Positions 50,674 to 63,543 of a stretch of DNA of 63,543 bases are shown one piece after another. How positions within the stretch are numbered: the first letter of the stretch is position 1; the number at the start of each line of letters is the position of its first letter. The notes beneath the pieces are model-generated. The model ran no database searches. It was not told the DNA's origin and saw only the letters and a program-made list of their open reading frames with translations. A program made the translations under genes and the position numbers. Location: assembly GCF_001194135.2 (NCBI RefSeq), contig NC_068984.1, forward strand, positions 37,168,230 to 37,231,772, in the 5' to 3' direction. The DNA is from Octopus bimaculoides. Taxonomy: Eukaryota.

Positions 50674-53600
50674 TCTATGTACGTGTGTGCGCGTGTGTGG
50701 ATGTGCGGTTCTATGCACATTGAGGGAACATAAGAATGAAAACATATAAGAAGACAGATAGAACGAAAAATGTTGGATTAAGAGACCGTGAATTGTTGAA
50801 AGTAGTTATTTATTAGGTTACAGACTGACGTTCCATGATATTCTTCACCCTGAAACCGTTAAAACTAACACAATTGGTACACCTTAAGTTGTTTTTTTTC
50901 CCCACTGCCATGTATAAAATGCTTTTAAGTATTTTTACTCACATCGGTTTGTGACTGAATATCTTGTTATTCTTCACTTTCTTTTACAAAGTAGGTTTTA
51001 GCACTGTTTTCATCTGAGACCTTCTAAACGACTGAATATCTTCTAATAGTATCATAAATTCAATCCAATGCATTATCGTATGTTTTACATGAGAGTTGAT
51101 GTAATAGTAGACGTGCATAAATGGTGATTATCACACCGTGCCCATGATGCAATATAGTTTTTCATTTCTACTTAAAAACGAGAGAATACAATTATTGTGC
51201 ATGGCCACCATCGTTCCCTTATCCAACAAAAACAAATCCCACAACCAACAATTTTGCGCCCCACTGTTTTATATGTTGTTTGCTTGATCGATAGCTTGAA
51301 TGTCCGTTCTGGTTTCTCATAAATGGCGTAAACCTGGTAAGTCCATATCTTATTTTATTATATTTTAAAAGATTATTAAGCAAGATATAATTTCTTTATA
51401 TTTCTTCATGATTTTCAAAATATTCTCTTTTGGAAATCTAAATGAATTACATGGAAAACGAGATGCAATATAAATGCATAGTTGCATAGCAACACCCTTT
51501 CGTCCAGATAATAGTAGCTCTAATTATATTGTAAAATATATTCACATACTGTCCACATATTCAGATAAGATTTTCTTTTCGTGTTTATTCAGTTTATGTT
51601 AATGTTGTGTGAAATATTCCTTCTGATAGTATCGCGGAAAAAGTAGGTAATGCCCGTATATGATGTCCCCTCAAATATTTTATAAAATTACTTCAGTATT
51701 GTTTTCTTGCATAGATTTTCTCTGTAAATAACCGTCATAGTGAAGAAATATAAAATGACTGCAAACAGCAGAAAACTCTCTATTACAGAATCCATTAAGT
51801 GGGGTGCAGGTTACCGGAGCGAAGAAGCACAGTTTTTCTTCATTTGATTTGATTGATATAACTTTCAGAAGTAGATTACGCCAGGAAATAACACCAAGAT
51901 ACTAGAATGTTTAAAACATTCATATTTTTCCGAGTTGTTGATAATGTACCAGGCTAAGCACATCATGTCTAAATATCATTGATGATTTCCTTGTTCAAAT
52001 AAAAATTTACCTTTAGAAAATGTTTAGTAGTTCAGAGTTCTGAATGAAACTGTTATATATCGGCGTACTGTACAAAATTTAAGTTATATATCGGGCTAGA
52101 CCATAAATACCCCTTCATATGGCGCACCAACATGACTATCTTGATTATATCTCAACTCCAATTCATATTAATGGATACTTCCATTAACCACACAGTTCTG
52201 GGAATTAACATTTGTAGATGCAAACTGTAAAAAATATACTTTAAAACATATCTTTAAATTTTGTACTGAGAAAGATAGTATTTCCTTGAAAAGTTACGCA
52301 GTTACTCCATCATTGATGAATTACGAATACAGAATTGAAATTTATCTGATAGATTTCTCTTTTTCCTGTGTTGGTTGAAACTCTAAAGATATAATTCTTT
52401 ATCACAGTAAAATGTTGAAAAAGTCAAAACACTGTTGACGTACCAGTAATACATTCATCCGATTTGGTGAGTCTTTTTCGTCAGTTAAAGAGCCTATTCG
52501 CTCGCAGAGATATAGTCCGTCTGATTCTTCCCTTATCGTCCACAATGATATCGTATTTGAAAGGATGGTATCTACATATGTCCATTTTACACAATGATGG
52601 CAGCAAACTATACACATGTTGTCTGTAATGCAGCACAGCAGAGAACATTGTTATACTATTTCAACAGAATATGTTCGTGCCAAGTCACTATAACTATACG
52701 TTTTACAAAACCTATTCCAGCTTCTATCTGGCGTGTTGAATTTAATTAACAATTAGATTTCATAAGTACGTTATCGCAGAGTTGAAGTGCACTAAATTTC
52801 TGGATATTTCATCAGAGTTTGAAGCTATTAAAATAGATAACAGCAAACAACGTTGGATAACAACAAATATACATATACAACATATTAAATCAGAAACATT
52901 CGGAATGAGATCATTAGATAAATGACATTTATCAATTTCTATACAATAAAATTGTATGACTCATGAACTGTGCATTGAAGCTACTAATAGAAGATAAATA
53001 CCTTCCATAAAATAGTCATAAAATATATATAATTTCTAGAACAATAAATTAAATATACAATAGAAAACAAAAAAAGACATTGAAGTTATGATAAACGGAT
53101 ACATAAGAAAATAGGAGATTTGTATCCAAATTCACTGAATTCAAAGTTTATCATAATACGCTACAACTACCATGAAATTTTATAGGTTTTCCATTAACAA
53201 CTGTTGAATTGATTTGGGCTGTGCCTCTGTTTCGAATCATTGTTCAGTTTACTTATAATTCTCTTACCCTTGTTAAAAGGGACATAAAACAACAGAATTG
53301 TCAACGTCTTTTCACCAAAGGCACGTAGATACAAGACGTGGTCGTGTTTGAAAGTTAATACAGTAAGATCAGCTAATACTCTCAACACAACTGTAAATAC
53401 GCATGTCTGTATTGTCCACTTTTTTCTGACCTCAGAGGAGGTTGATATCTATGATTCTATTTCAGTACTAGATAGAAGGCTGTACTGAACAATTAACTGA
53501 GACACTCACTAATGCATTTAATTTTTTTAAACAAGAAGTGGTGCCTAATTATAGCTATTTCAAATATACGACTTTTCTCTTCGTCACGAAATATAGATAT

Positions 53601-54849
53601 ACTATGTATGAAAGACTACCGACATGGCACTCACACCTAATTCTTTCAGTTAATGATCCAGTCCAACATAAATTCCTGTTTTTCCACCATTTTCTATCTC
53701 TTCTGCCAATGTGTCTATTATGCATAAATATCAACGACTTTCTGGTGTATATTTATTTAAATAAAATGGAGAAACTCGTGTATCAGAGGTTGTTGATCTC
53801 TGCGGAATAGGTTTTGAAGCCTCATGAAAGGCACAAAGAGGCTGTTAAGTAAAACGGAACTTATGTTTCCTGTTTTTTTTTTTTTTTTGCAAAGCACAAA
53901 TTTTACTATGATAGCTGTTAAAAATTAACAGAGGAACGTAAGAAACAGCATCCAAATATATTTTATATTACATCGTACTGCGCTGCGTAAAGAAGGGTGC
54001 ACATATTGTTGACAGAAACTATGTAGGAAATCTTTGGAAAACTTGTTCGCATTTTGGGTGGATTTAATCAGTTACCCTTTTCAAACATTATTTGACCTCT
54101 GGATGCATTTAACAGTGTCCGTTCCGTTAAAAAGCATTCGGATCAGGTCTCCTCCAAATGATAAATCTCTCCTTTCTCCACCCACTCTCTCAAATTGTCA
54201 TAACTACCGTCTTCCAACAAATCATAAAGAAACGAAGGCAACATAACTTCATTATATGATCAGTTAATTAGATTTTTATAATATATGAATTATGTTGTAT
54301 ATTAACTATTATAAGATATCTAATAAATACGTTATGATGTTATTATAGGTCAATATTACTTTCTATAACTACACAACTTAATTATCACTGAAATTACATC
54401 ACTTAATAGAGCACTGGCAAGCACGATCGACTGATAATAAAATAACGTCATTTACAATACCTATTTAGTAATCTTTACATTCTGAATTCACATTCTGTAT
54501 TGAATGTATTTGTGTTCCAGATTTCTAGTGACAATAAAATTAGTACCAACTCAGTACTGAGATATATTTAACTGATTCTAATTGCTCCTAAAGTGCTATC
54601 ATATAGTTTCCATGTTATAAACATTTACTATTCAACCTAATTAGGAGTCTTCTACGCTTGAAATAGCAAACAAATCTTATTCACACATGTCCCTACCTTA
54701 CGAAATGAAATGATTGAATAACTCATTTTTACAAAATATTCCAAAAGAGATCATGAAGGTGATCGTGCATATAACGTCTTCGATGAATAAAGATTTTTTT
54801 CACAATAATAAGTATTCCAACCTAATATGAACAAGCCATATACCATGGA

Positions 54850-56520
54850 AATATTCTAGATGCACTACTTTCCACCGACACACATACTTCAAAAGGTAAA
54901 GTGAATAGAACAATATGTTGACACCTATATACGTATATAAACGGCAAACATAAGGCATCTAAAGCAGATATAAACGAACGTCAAATCATGTCAAAACAAA
55001 GCAAAGAAAGTCCAAACAGCCCTCATTCTCTCCTACCACGCATTGATAGTCTTGTTAATTTAAACTAACACATAAGATAAGCAGAAGAAACAACTAAAAG
55101 AAATTATATATATCACGTAAAGACAAAGCACCAAAACTAAACATATTGTGTTAATAACACTAACAGAATAGAAACACTATAACATCACAAGTAAACTTTC
55201 TTTACATCTTAAGCGACTCACGCCAGCACACGATTATTCTCATCAAGCTAGCTACAACTCCATGCCAGAGATCAGTTTCTACTCTACACTCTACCACGAC
55301 CATAATACAAGTACACCATCAAGTTTCATCCAACATCTTATCAATCATTCATTTTACCTTATCAAAGAAGACAATATGAACAATTTTACTGACAATAAAA
55401 AAATTAGCTACTTCTACCAAGAGACGGAATTAAGGTTCGCATAACTCGACAACACCTCGATCATAAGCATACTCAGGCAGTGTACAACATACATTCAATA
55501 AAAAAAAATAATAGTAAATCGTCAAGAGTTTTAAAAAATGTTATCTAACAAGGAAACAAAAACTGCACCACTGTTATTTTATTGAATTATCCAGCCTGAT
55601 AAAGGTTGGCGATAACTACAAAACCGTACCCCAAATATTAAACTACAGACAAAACAAATATATCTCTTGATAAAAAGGCAAAACTTAAAACATAATGAAG
55701 TAAAGAACAAACTTTTTAAATGGAAATTGGTATCCAGTATAAATCACGAAAACAGTAAAACTCTAAACAAAATAATTAATAGAATCAGCATCTCAGACAA
55801 TGGACATACCACATCATACTAACAACTGGAGAGTATATACCCACACACCAACGGTAACTATTCACCCAGATCAAACATTTTCTGAACATAAGCCCTGCAG
55901 AATTCTCACAAAAGAAGACAGTAATGCAAAATCGCCTCAGGCCTTCACTTCTAATTCAGGGCCAATTTGATACTACACAACAACAATAACATCACTTATT
56001 AATGTATGCCTAATATGATACGTTTATTATTTTCAAATGATGAATTGTAATTGTAACCTGGGAAACAAAGACGGCTTTGTGGTAATAGTATAATGGCTAT
56101 AAAATGAATTCAAATCAGATAAAGCCAAAATATAAATGGAAAAGCAGAGAAACGCTATTCAGTGTGCACAAAAAGCACAGAATACATTAGAAATGAAACA
56201 TACAATGTATATACTACATAACAACCATTAACAAATTTAATTCATGTCATGGTAAATTAATCATACTAAAACTCAATACAAATGGTCATAGCAATATATT
56301 AAAATAAATGGAAAACGCCGACAACAATTGCTTACATTGTTGTCTTACTTAAAACTGAAACTGTGGCTACGACCCAGCATCTTTAATAACAAATATAACT
56401 ACATAACTACAAGGAAATTTCTTCTCGGAAACAGCAAAAAATAGTAGAAATAAACCACAAAAATTAAACTAAGATTATCCACATATCTGCAAAACCAACT
56501 AAAAATAAATAATAATTATA
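54850..56520 (+). mobile_element. Possible very old L1/Tx1-like LINE relic
   Basis: Strong A/C strand skew; fragments SLLIQGQF and ITSLINVC (INVYAP-like), and NCNLGNKD (GDFNC-like). No continuous frame. Confidence 0.3.
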
Positions 56521-57469
56521 AGATATAAAATAACTGCCTTTAAATGTTTGCCTCTTCCCATATATTATGGCCTAAAGTATTTCTCAACTAAGCAGAAAAC
56601 ACCAAACTGCCAGGTACTTGTAATAGTAGAGTTTGACAAGAAACACCTTTTGCAATACTTATATCTAGAAACTAGAATTACAAACTAACACTGCAAGATT
56701 CTGTCAGGTGTTACAAATTTGATGTTAGAAGTGCGTAAGAATAGTAGATTGCAAGATGGCTTGTGCATGTGAATGGGTGAATGTTGGTGTATATGTATGT
56801 GTACAAATGAATGTGTATCTATAAATATATGATTTTATGTTTGCTTCTATATATCTTAGATTTACTTTTCATGGTGTAGATAGAGGCATGTACATATGAC
56901 AATTCGTTTAGATCCGAAGCGTGCATAAATGAATTTGTAGAACCAACATGATTATTGAATTTATTCTTTACTCAGAACCAGATACGATTAAAACTTTTGA
57001 CTATTCATTCTATTCCGTTCGTTGTCCTAAAGTCATATTTAGAAAACTTGGCATGAAATCATTGTTTCCTTCTTTCTGGATAAAGGAAATATTCCAATGG
57101 GGACAGAATTCAGTAGTTGTGCCAAAGATCTCTCAAAAGATGAGCGATGGAAATGAAGAATTTATAAAACTAAGTAAAATAAAATTATTCTTTTCCCTAA
57201 TAATAATAAAAAATTATTCATAGCCAACTTTCTGAGAATACTTGAGGTATGTGTTGCCAAGTAAATGTTTTAAAGATGTTCACGCAAACATTAGTTTAGT
57301 AACCATAATTTCGAAACCAGGTGATGTTACATTCATATTAAGTATATAATGGACGTTGTTTAACGATGTAATCGACCAATCCCTTCACACCAAATCTCAT
57401 GCCTTTCGACTATAATAAAAAAAAGATTATTATTACTTATACTATTATTGAGTGAGAGAGGAGTGCACG

Positions 57470-58026
57470 TCATCAAAGTGACACTGGGTTAAAATATAAG
57501 AAGCCCAATATACACATCATGGTTACCCATCTGATAAGGGTACACCAGGCACATACATCACAACTATATGTGCGCGACATGGTGATCCCATATCATGATA
57601 AACAGTGCATGACCTTGCAGGTGGGGCCCAGTTAGTATTTTCTTCTAGTCGAGTAGCCCATCTCACTCCAAAGGCCCCTGAATAAGGGTTTTTTAAGGAT
57701 GCTGAATGAAACACTCATGTTTCCACAGATGAATTATCCAAATCTCAAAGAATCCTTCTCAACACATGGCTATGATGCTCCCCCACTACTTCTGCTCGTG
57801 ACCAGAGATGCACATATCGTTAGACACTAGGGCACATGCTCAGCTGGTTAAGGTCAAACAACTGACAAGTAAACCTGTGGTATTGAGCAGAATATTTGCT
57901 GTAGCCCATCTTTTATACAATGACAAACAATGAACATGATAACACTTCCAATCAGTTAAGATCAAAAGCCATGAGAGCCACTATCTGGCACTGTATCAGG
58001 CCATTTATTGTCATTATTATTATTAT

Positions 58027-58094
<68 letters not shown>

Positions 58095-58095
58095 T
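57470..58095 (+). repeat. Probable interspersed retroelement 3' region ending in a (TAT)n(TAG)n tail
   Basis: GC-elevated block with a tandem-repeat tail; family recalled only loosely, no second copy in the window. Confidence 0.4.
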
Positions 58096-58119
58096 CATTA
58101 TTATTATCTGAGGTTTCAC

Positions 58120-58365
58120 GACAAGTTGTTAGGGTGTTGCACTCACAACCACAAGATCGTTGTTTCAGTTCCTAGATCGGATGGTGCTTTGTGTTCTTGA
58201 GCAAGATGCTTAATCTCACGTTGCTGTGCGATCACTTCGACACCTGACACATGGCACACCGTGCACCTAGTCGGACAACGGAGAGAGTGAGCTAATATAC
58301 AGCACATACATTTGATCATTATAAACAGATTATTTGTGTAGGTCGTTCAGCACTAAGCTGAACAC
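58120..58365 (+). mobile_element. tRNA-derived SINE fragment
   Basis: gttagggtgttgcactcacaacc head and ttgtgttcttgagcaagatgcttaatctcacgttgct domain, as at 34975 and 38617. Confidence 0.6.
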
Positions 58366-58499
58366 TCATACGTCGTCTTGGATGGGAGAGTCTATCATCA
58401 TTAATACTATGCGTTTCTTACTAGTTTTGTTGTTCCTAGGGTTATCAACCTCATGTTTCAGCTCCTTCCTGTAGCTTCGACAAGCAATACTTACTTCCA

Positions 58500-61400
58500 C
58501 ACAAACGCAGTTCCCAGTATAACCATGAACAGTGCACTTCCAGTGGTGTTTGGTAGAACTTCTCAAACCAGCTTTTTATTTCCATTGAGATTATTGCAGG
58601 TGTATTGAGCATGATGGGTAGTATACTCGCACTCGAGGCTCTGTGGTATGAATACGCTCCACTACAAATGCCACTTTCCTGATGCATAACGACTTCCTCA
58701 TTCTCTGTTTTCACAATGTTCTTAACTGCAGACACCACTGTTTCATTGAAGATTAATGCTCTGGTCTCTTTCTATAGGCGAGTGATATCTGGTCGATTAT
58801 TTTGCAGCTTTTTACCCGTGTACACTGTCATATCTCAACATAGTTTCTCTGTGACACAAAAGGTTTGAACTTCGTGATAATTGTCGGCACACGACAGCTT
58901 GTACCTCTCCCAGTTTACGTGCACTGCGACTGTGTCATGGCGTTTTCTGGTTTCCTCAGTTTTCTTTAAACATACACTAACTACATCTGACTGTTTCCAA
59001 TAAGTTTCCAAACAATTTCTACAGAAGCGTTTCTGTTGTCTTATATCAATGCTGTGTTACATTGCACAGTTGTTCTTGGGCAAAAAGTATAAAGTCTTTT
59101 GTCTCCTTTAAAAATCCATCAGCCATTCCGAGGTTTCTTCATCAGTTACATCTGATATTTGTTGGGTTTATTCTGTGTAGCACTTTATCTTTCCAGGTGT
59201 TACCTTTTCCTCATAAGTCCACATTTAGTACTCCTGGAGGTTCTCTTTCTCTTCGACATGCAACATCCATTCGTCGCTCTCGCTGAGACAGGCATGCAGT
59301 GATTTGCTCTCCTTCTTACACCCTTCTATTCCAATGAATCCGTTTTATCCGACCTTCCTAAGTAGATAAAGCCTTGCTACATTAGTTCTTATATGAAGGC
59401 ACCCGTGCATGACACTTGTTTTCTAGTTCTATCTATCTTACCAATTCGTATTTTTTCTTTATTTCACACCTTCTACACTGTAGCAAACCATGCTTATGTT
59501 TCTGATGACATTGCCACCACCATTCAGCTTGGATCTATAAAAGCTTCGTCACTCTTTTCATCTACTCTGATATGATCTTGCTCTTCATCTTGTTTATTGC
59601 CTGGTCTAACTGAAATATACCAATGTACTTCTATGCTTCTCTGTCTAATCGTCTAAAATAATTATCGTCCGGACTTTCTACCCCATGAACTTTCATATCT
59701 AGGACAGCACACTTACCTATACCAAACGACATCCGGATGTTCTGTAAGAAGATTCGTATAGCTTTGCCTGAAGACGTGAGAAAGCTAATCTCTGCAGGCC
59801 TTGTAAAGCTCAAGTTCGTCCGCGAACAATATGCGTGTAATTATCTCATGTCCTTCTGCAGTCTGTAACCATCTCTCATCTTCTTCAAAACTAGTGCTGG
59901 TGGTAATATGATAACAACAGACACCAAGGGTGACACGAAAATTCCTTGAAATATACCTGTTCACCTGTCCAAGATCAGCCCTTCTTGTTGTCAAAACTGC
60001 CTTTCAGTTCATCAAAAGAAATAACAAAAGAAATCTATTATAGATGCCCCAACCATCTCCAAGCATTTCAGAATAACCGAATGAGGCACCATGTCATATG
60101 CCTTCCCGTAATCAATCCAAGCCATTGACAAGTTCTTTAGAATTGCATTATCTACAAGTAACTGATCGTTCGTTCCTTGAGATCTCCTTCTGAGGCATTT
60201 CTGTTCACCTGCTTGCAGTCGATTTCTTTCAAGTGTTCATACATATTTTTGCACACTATTCTAGAAAGTAGTTTCAACATATTGGGTAAGTATGCAATCG
60301 GGCCGTAGTTACAAGACTCAGTTCCCCCAGGTGGATCTTTCAAGAGAGCATTGTTCCTCCTCTGACCATCCACCATAGTAAAAGTTCTTGTTACGCACAG
60401 TCATGGTGGAACTCTTCCAGTTTAGGCGGGAGATTAAAGACTCTTATGAACCTAAATTTCCTGAACTAGGTCAAGGACCGGCTACTTTTCAAATGGGCAT
60501 TTTACTGACTCCACTTCATATATCTCCTATTGTGATGGTAATGTCCACATGTGCTTCCGTGTCACAATATCCCTGTCTCAATGTTTCAAGTCAAGTTCCT
60601 TCTCATTGTATTTGATTTTCTCTAACCAGATCTTGCTCCAAAAAGGGCGTTGCTTATGTGGGGCCAGGTGACTCTCTCCCTCCTTCTAGAGTTTCGTAGA
60701 ATAGTTTCTGGTTTGTTCTAAACAGTTGGCATTGCATGAACTCTAGGCATATTTCTTTGTACCTCTTGCTCATTATTACACCTGCTTTGCTCCTCTATTG
60801 TAACATATCTGAGATATACATTCATCTCCAGGTAGTATTTCCTATTCACACGATTCTGCAGCTTTTGTCTGTGACACATTTCCTCGTTTTACCTTCTCGA
60901 TCTTATTCAAATCATTTCTCCATGCATCGATGTTTTTTGATTTTCCAGAAAGGCTCTTCACTCCTTTTTTTATTTCTTTTTCTTCAAAATCCCCATTTTC
61001 TCCAAGGTGACATATGCAGTGGTATACATTCAAAAAATCAACTTTCAGATGTCTTTAGTTTGAATTCTAAGAACTACTTCATTCACGTTCCCAAACCAAA
61101 TTCTGATCCCAGCGTTGCCCTATCGCATGACTTCAATTATAAGAACCCTTTCTTGTCTTTAAGAATTATCACTTCTAGAATTCTGCTACGGAGAGCAACT
61201 TGCTCTTGGTGTATCTTTTCCTGTGGTTCTTCAGCTAAACGTGCACTATGGTTCTCTGCTGCTGATATATGTCTTTATTCCATATCGAAGCCCTGTTGAT
61301 TCTCTCGTACAATTTGTGTTTCATATGTAACTTCTGCTCTCTGCACAAGTTACATACGATTATCCTGTAGTTTTATCTTGTTTTATCTTTTTTAACCGCT

Positions 61401-61620
61401 CCGCTATCTTAATTTGACAGCCATCCTTTTTTCACTCACATCCTTCTGATCACCGTGGTGGGAACGTTCTCTCCAGAGATCTAATCATCTCATTTCTATT
61501 TTGAGCAAAAAAATGTTTTTGTCAATTTTTATCAATGGTAGCCTTATTACGACTGGGCCTGCACAGCTGTTTCACCCACTTGTCGGACAAAACACCGTCC
61601 GTAAAACTACCAGTTCCATT
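58500..61620 (-). mobile_element. Near-full-length but decayed R4/Dong-type non-LTR retrotransposon
   Basis: In order: KKGWLS, LFRTNQKLFYETLEG, VSKMP.*KVAGP, LKDP...NYGPIAYLPNMLKLL, HILFADELELYK (YADD equivalent), IRMSFGIGKCAVL, HWE region, NNRPDI (RLE). Confidence 0.85.
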
Positions 61621-62297
61621 TTCATTGGGTTTAGCTTCAAATCTTGAAACTGTTCTCATAAATGAGGCAGGAAGTGGATAACCTTTCAACTAGCCTGTAG
61701 TTTTTTTTTTTTTTTTTTCGTGTAACAATCATGAGACAAGACTCAGGAAGGCCTATATATCTTCATTCAAATGAGTTACAGAGCGTTGGTTACCACCTCC
61801 AGTATTTATTCAAGAAGGAAGAGATAAGGTAAAGGAAATAAGATAATTACTAATTAGGCTTGCAATCGGTTAGTGCTAGGTTCTTTCTTTAAAAAATGTT
61901 TTTTGTTAAGAACGTCCAGTACTTAATTCTGACGACCAGAGGCCAACATTTGACTTTGATTCTCAACAGAAACTAACGATATTTATATTTTTATTTTCTG
62001 TCTTAAGCTAAGATGCCCTTTCCGATATCACAAGAGCTCTCCTTTTTCTTTACCACCTCTTTAATGTCATCTGATGAAAATATTACATCAAGAAGATCCT
62101 TTTGTATTTGTTTGTTTTCTTTTTTTCTTTTTCTTTTTCTTTAGTTGTTGTTTATTTCGGGTGGTGCTTCCCTGACAATGTTGCATTTCACATTCTTTCT
62201 GATTTCTGGTTTCTATAGTAGTTTCTATGGTCCTCATAGAAATGGCTATTATTATTATTTCTATAGCATTAATGCTACTGATTACTTATATTCTTGA

Positions 62298-62428
62298 TGT
62301 TGTTGTTGTTGTTGTTTTTCTTCTTCTTCTTCTTCTTCTTCTTCTTCTTCTTCTTCTTCTTCTTCTTCTTCTTCTTCTTCTTCTTCTTCTTTTTCTTCTT
62401 CTTCTTCTTCTTCTTCTTCTTCTTCTTG
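62298..62428. repeat. (GTT)n(CTT)n microsatellite
   Basis: Seen directly. Confidence 0.95.
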
Positions 62429-63039
62429 CAATAAGTGTAAGTTAATTTTTTTACTCTTTATCTCTTTCCTCTAGTTGATATAGTAAAAACGGGCGGTTTT
62501 GTTGCGGGTAATGCTTGGTCTTGATATTTATGTCATTGCTGTGAAGTGAAAGCTTTTAAATGTTTATTACTTCCAGGTTGAGAGCGCGTTATTGTTAATC
62601 TTATACAGCCTGAAAGTTGCCATTCTAAGTCGTACGCTAACGCATACACTGGAATGCTCTTATTCTTTTCCGATGTTATCAGTACCGGAACAATATACTG
62701 TACTTGTTTTCGGCTCTCGTTTCCTTTTGGTAAGTTATTACATCCCTGAATTGATATTTATGATATTGCTATATTCCCAATGTAATTCTGAAACTTACAC
62801 ACCACCCACCAAGAATTGTTCAGCAGAAGTGTAACAGTAGCATTAAGAAAAAATATCAAGACAATAGCTTGTGAAAGGCTGAAAGGATTTCTGTGTAATA
62901 CAGTGAACATCCCAAAACTGCTGACGCAGTAGTAGTTAGATGAGAGACAGAATCTACACCAGCCTTCTCAAGAAAGTAACCACGAAACTCACAAAAAAAT
63001 ATCAAAACCAAGATTGATTCCAAATTTTAGAACAAGGTC

Positions 63040-63221
63040 AGCAATGTTGGGGAGTGTATGAGTCGATTACACCTTACAGTGTTCAATTGGCATTTAATTT
63101 ATCGATACCGAAAAAAATGAAAGGTAAAAGTCGACTTCAGTGAAATTTGAACACAGAACGCAAACAAATCCATTGAGCATGTTGGCCGGCGTGCTATCGA
63201 TTCTGCCAGCTCACTGCCTTA
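63040..63221 (-). mobile_element. SINE (15497 family)
   Basis: Reverse complement aligns with 15497-15660. Confidence 0.65.
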
Positions 63222-63434
63222 TAGAAAAATTAAGATTAACAACATCAATAACAATAACTTAGAAAATAGGAAGTATTGAATACAAATCATTCCATTTTAG
63301 ACGTGAAGAAGTATTCTAATATCTCATTGAAGGCATTTAGTACCCTACATTGAAAACGCCTACATTGCTAGAAATAAGAGCTAAAAATTTGTAACTCTGT
63401 AGTTAAAGCACATTATTGTATACATACGTACTGA

Positions 63435-63500
63435 CAGAGATTGTGATCGACCGAAAACACCGGTCGAGAATTTGGTGTTTTCGGGCGATTACAGTCCCTG
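63435..63500. mobile_element. 66-bp hairpin mini-MITE
   Basis: 27-bp arms (23/27 matching) with a 12-nt spacer; CAG termini. Confidence 0.6.
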
Positions 63501-63504
63501 TTTG

Positions 63505-63538
<34 letters not shown>

Positions 63539-63543
63539 TGTAT

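Noticed and set aside
52402-52617. Ig-domain exon suggested by ESDGLYLC
   Set aside because: Lacks the canonical DxGxYxC spacing and the upstream Cys/Trp pattern.
52790-52820. CTGATGA..GAAA on the minus strand (also near 20441)
   Set aside because: No stem II or stem III pairing.

Overview
AT-rich, gap-riddled eukaryotic scaffold made mostly of microsatellites and decayed transposable elements. The SINE families, the LINE mix and the microsatellite density resemble an octopus/coleoid cephalopod genome; that is my inference from memory, not a search result. I recognise no intact host protein-coding gene, rRNA, true tRNA gene or CRISPR array, and most ORFs in the supplied track are artefacts of microsatellites or N-runs. 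Supported content: four Tc1/mariner-superfamily relics plus one DD37D/maT-like fragment; RTE, R4/Dong-type, CR1/L2-type and possibly L1/Tx1 LINE relics; about ten tRNA-derived SINE copies; several MITE/foldback elements; and a solo-LTR-like cassette with 60-bp E-box repeats and a TATA box. Most worth follow-up: (1) an RTE LINE 3' end with at least three tandem C2H2 fingers, against a one-finger relative in the same window; (2) an AT-rich long-TIR element enclosing a 70% GC structured core, whose TIR recurs nearby with a different core; (3) dispersed minimal hammerhead-ribozyme-like motifs with palindromic stem III, best at 10151-10200 (-) and 27529-27578 (+); (4) the LTR-like promoter cassette with a 279-bp tandem unit; (5) a 464-bp repeat with a complex inversion junction. 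No novel system is demonstrated; all of these are hypotheses with stated tests.
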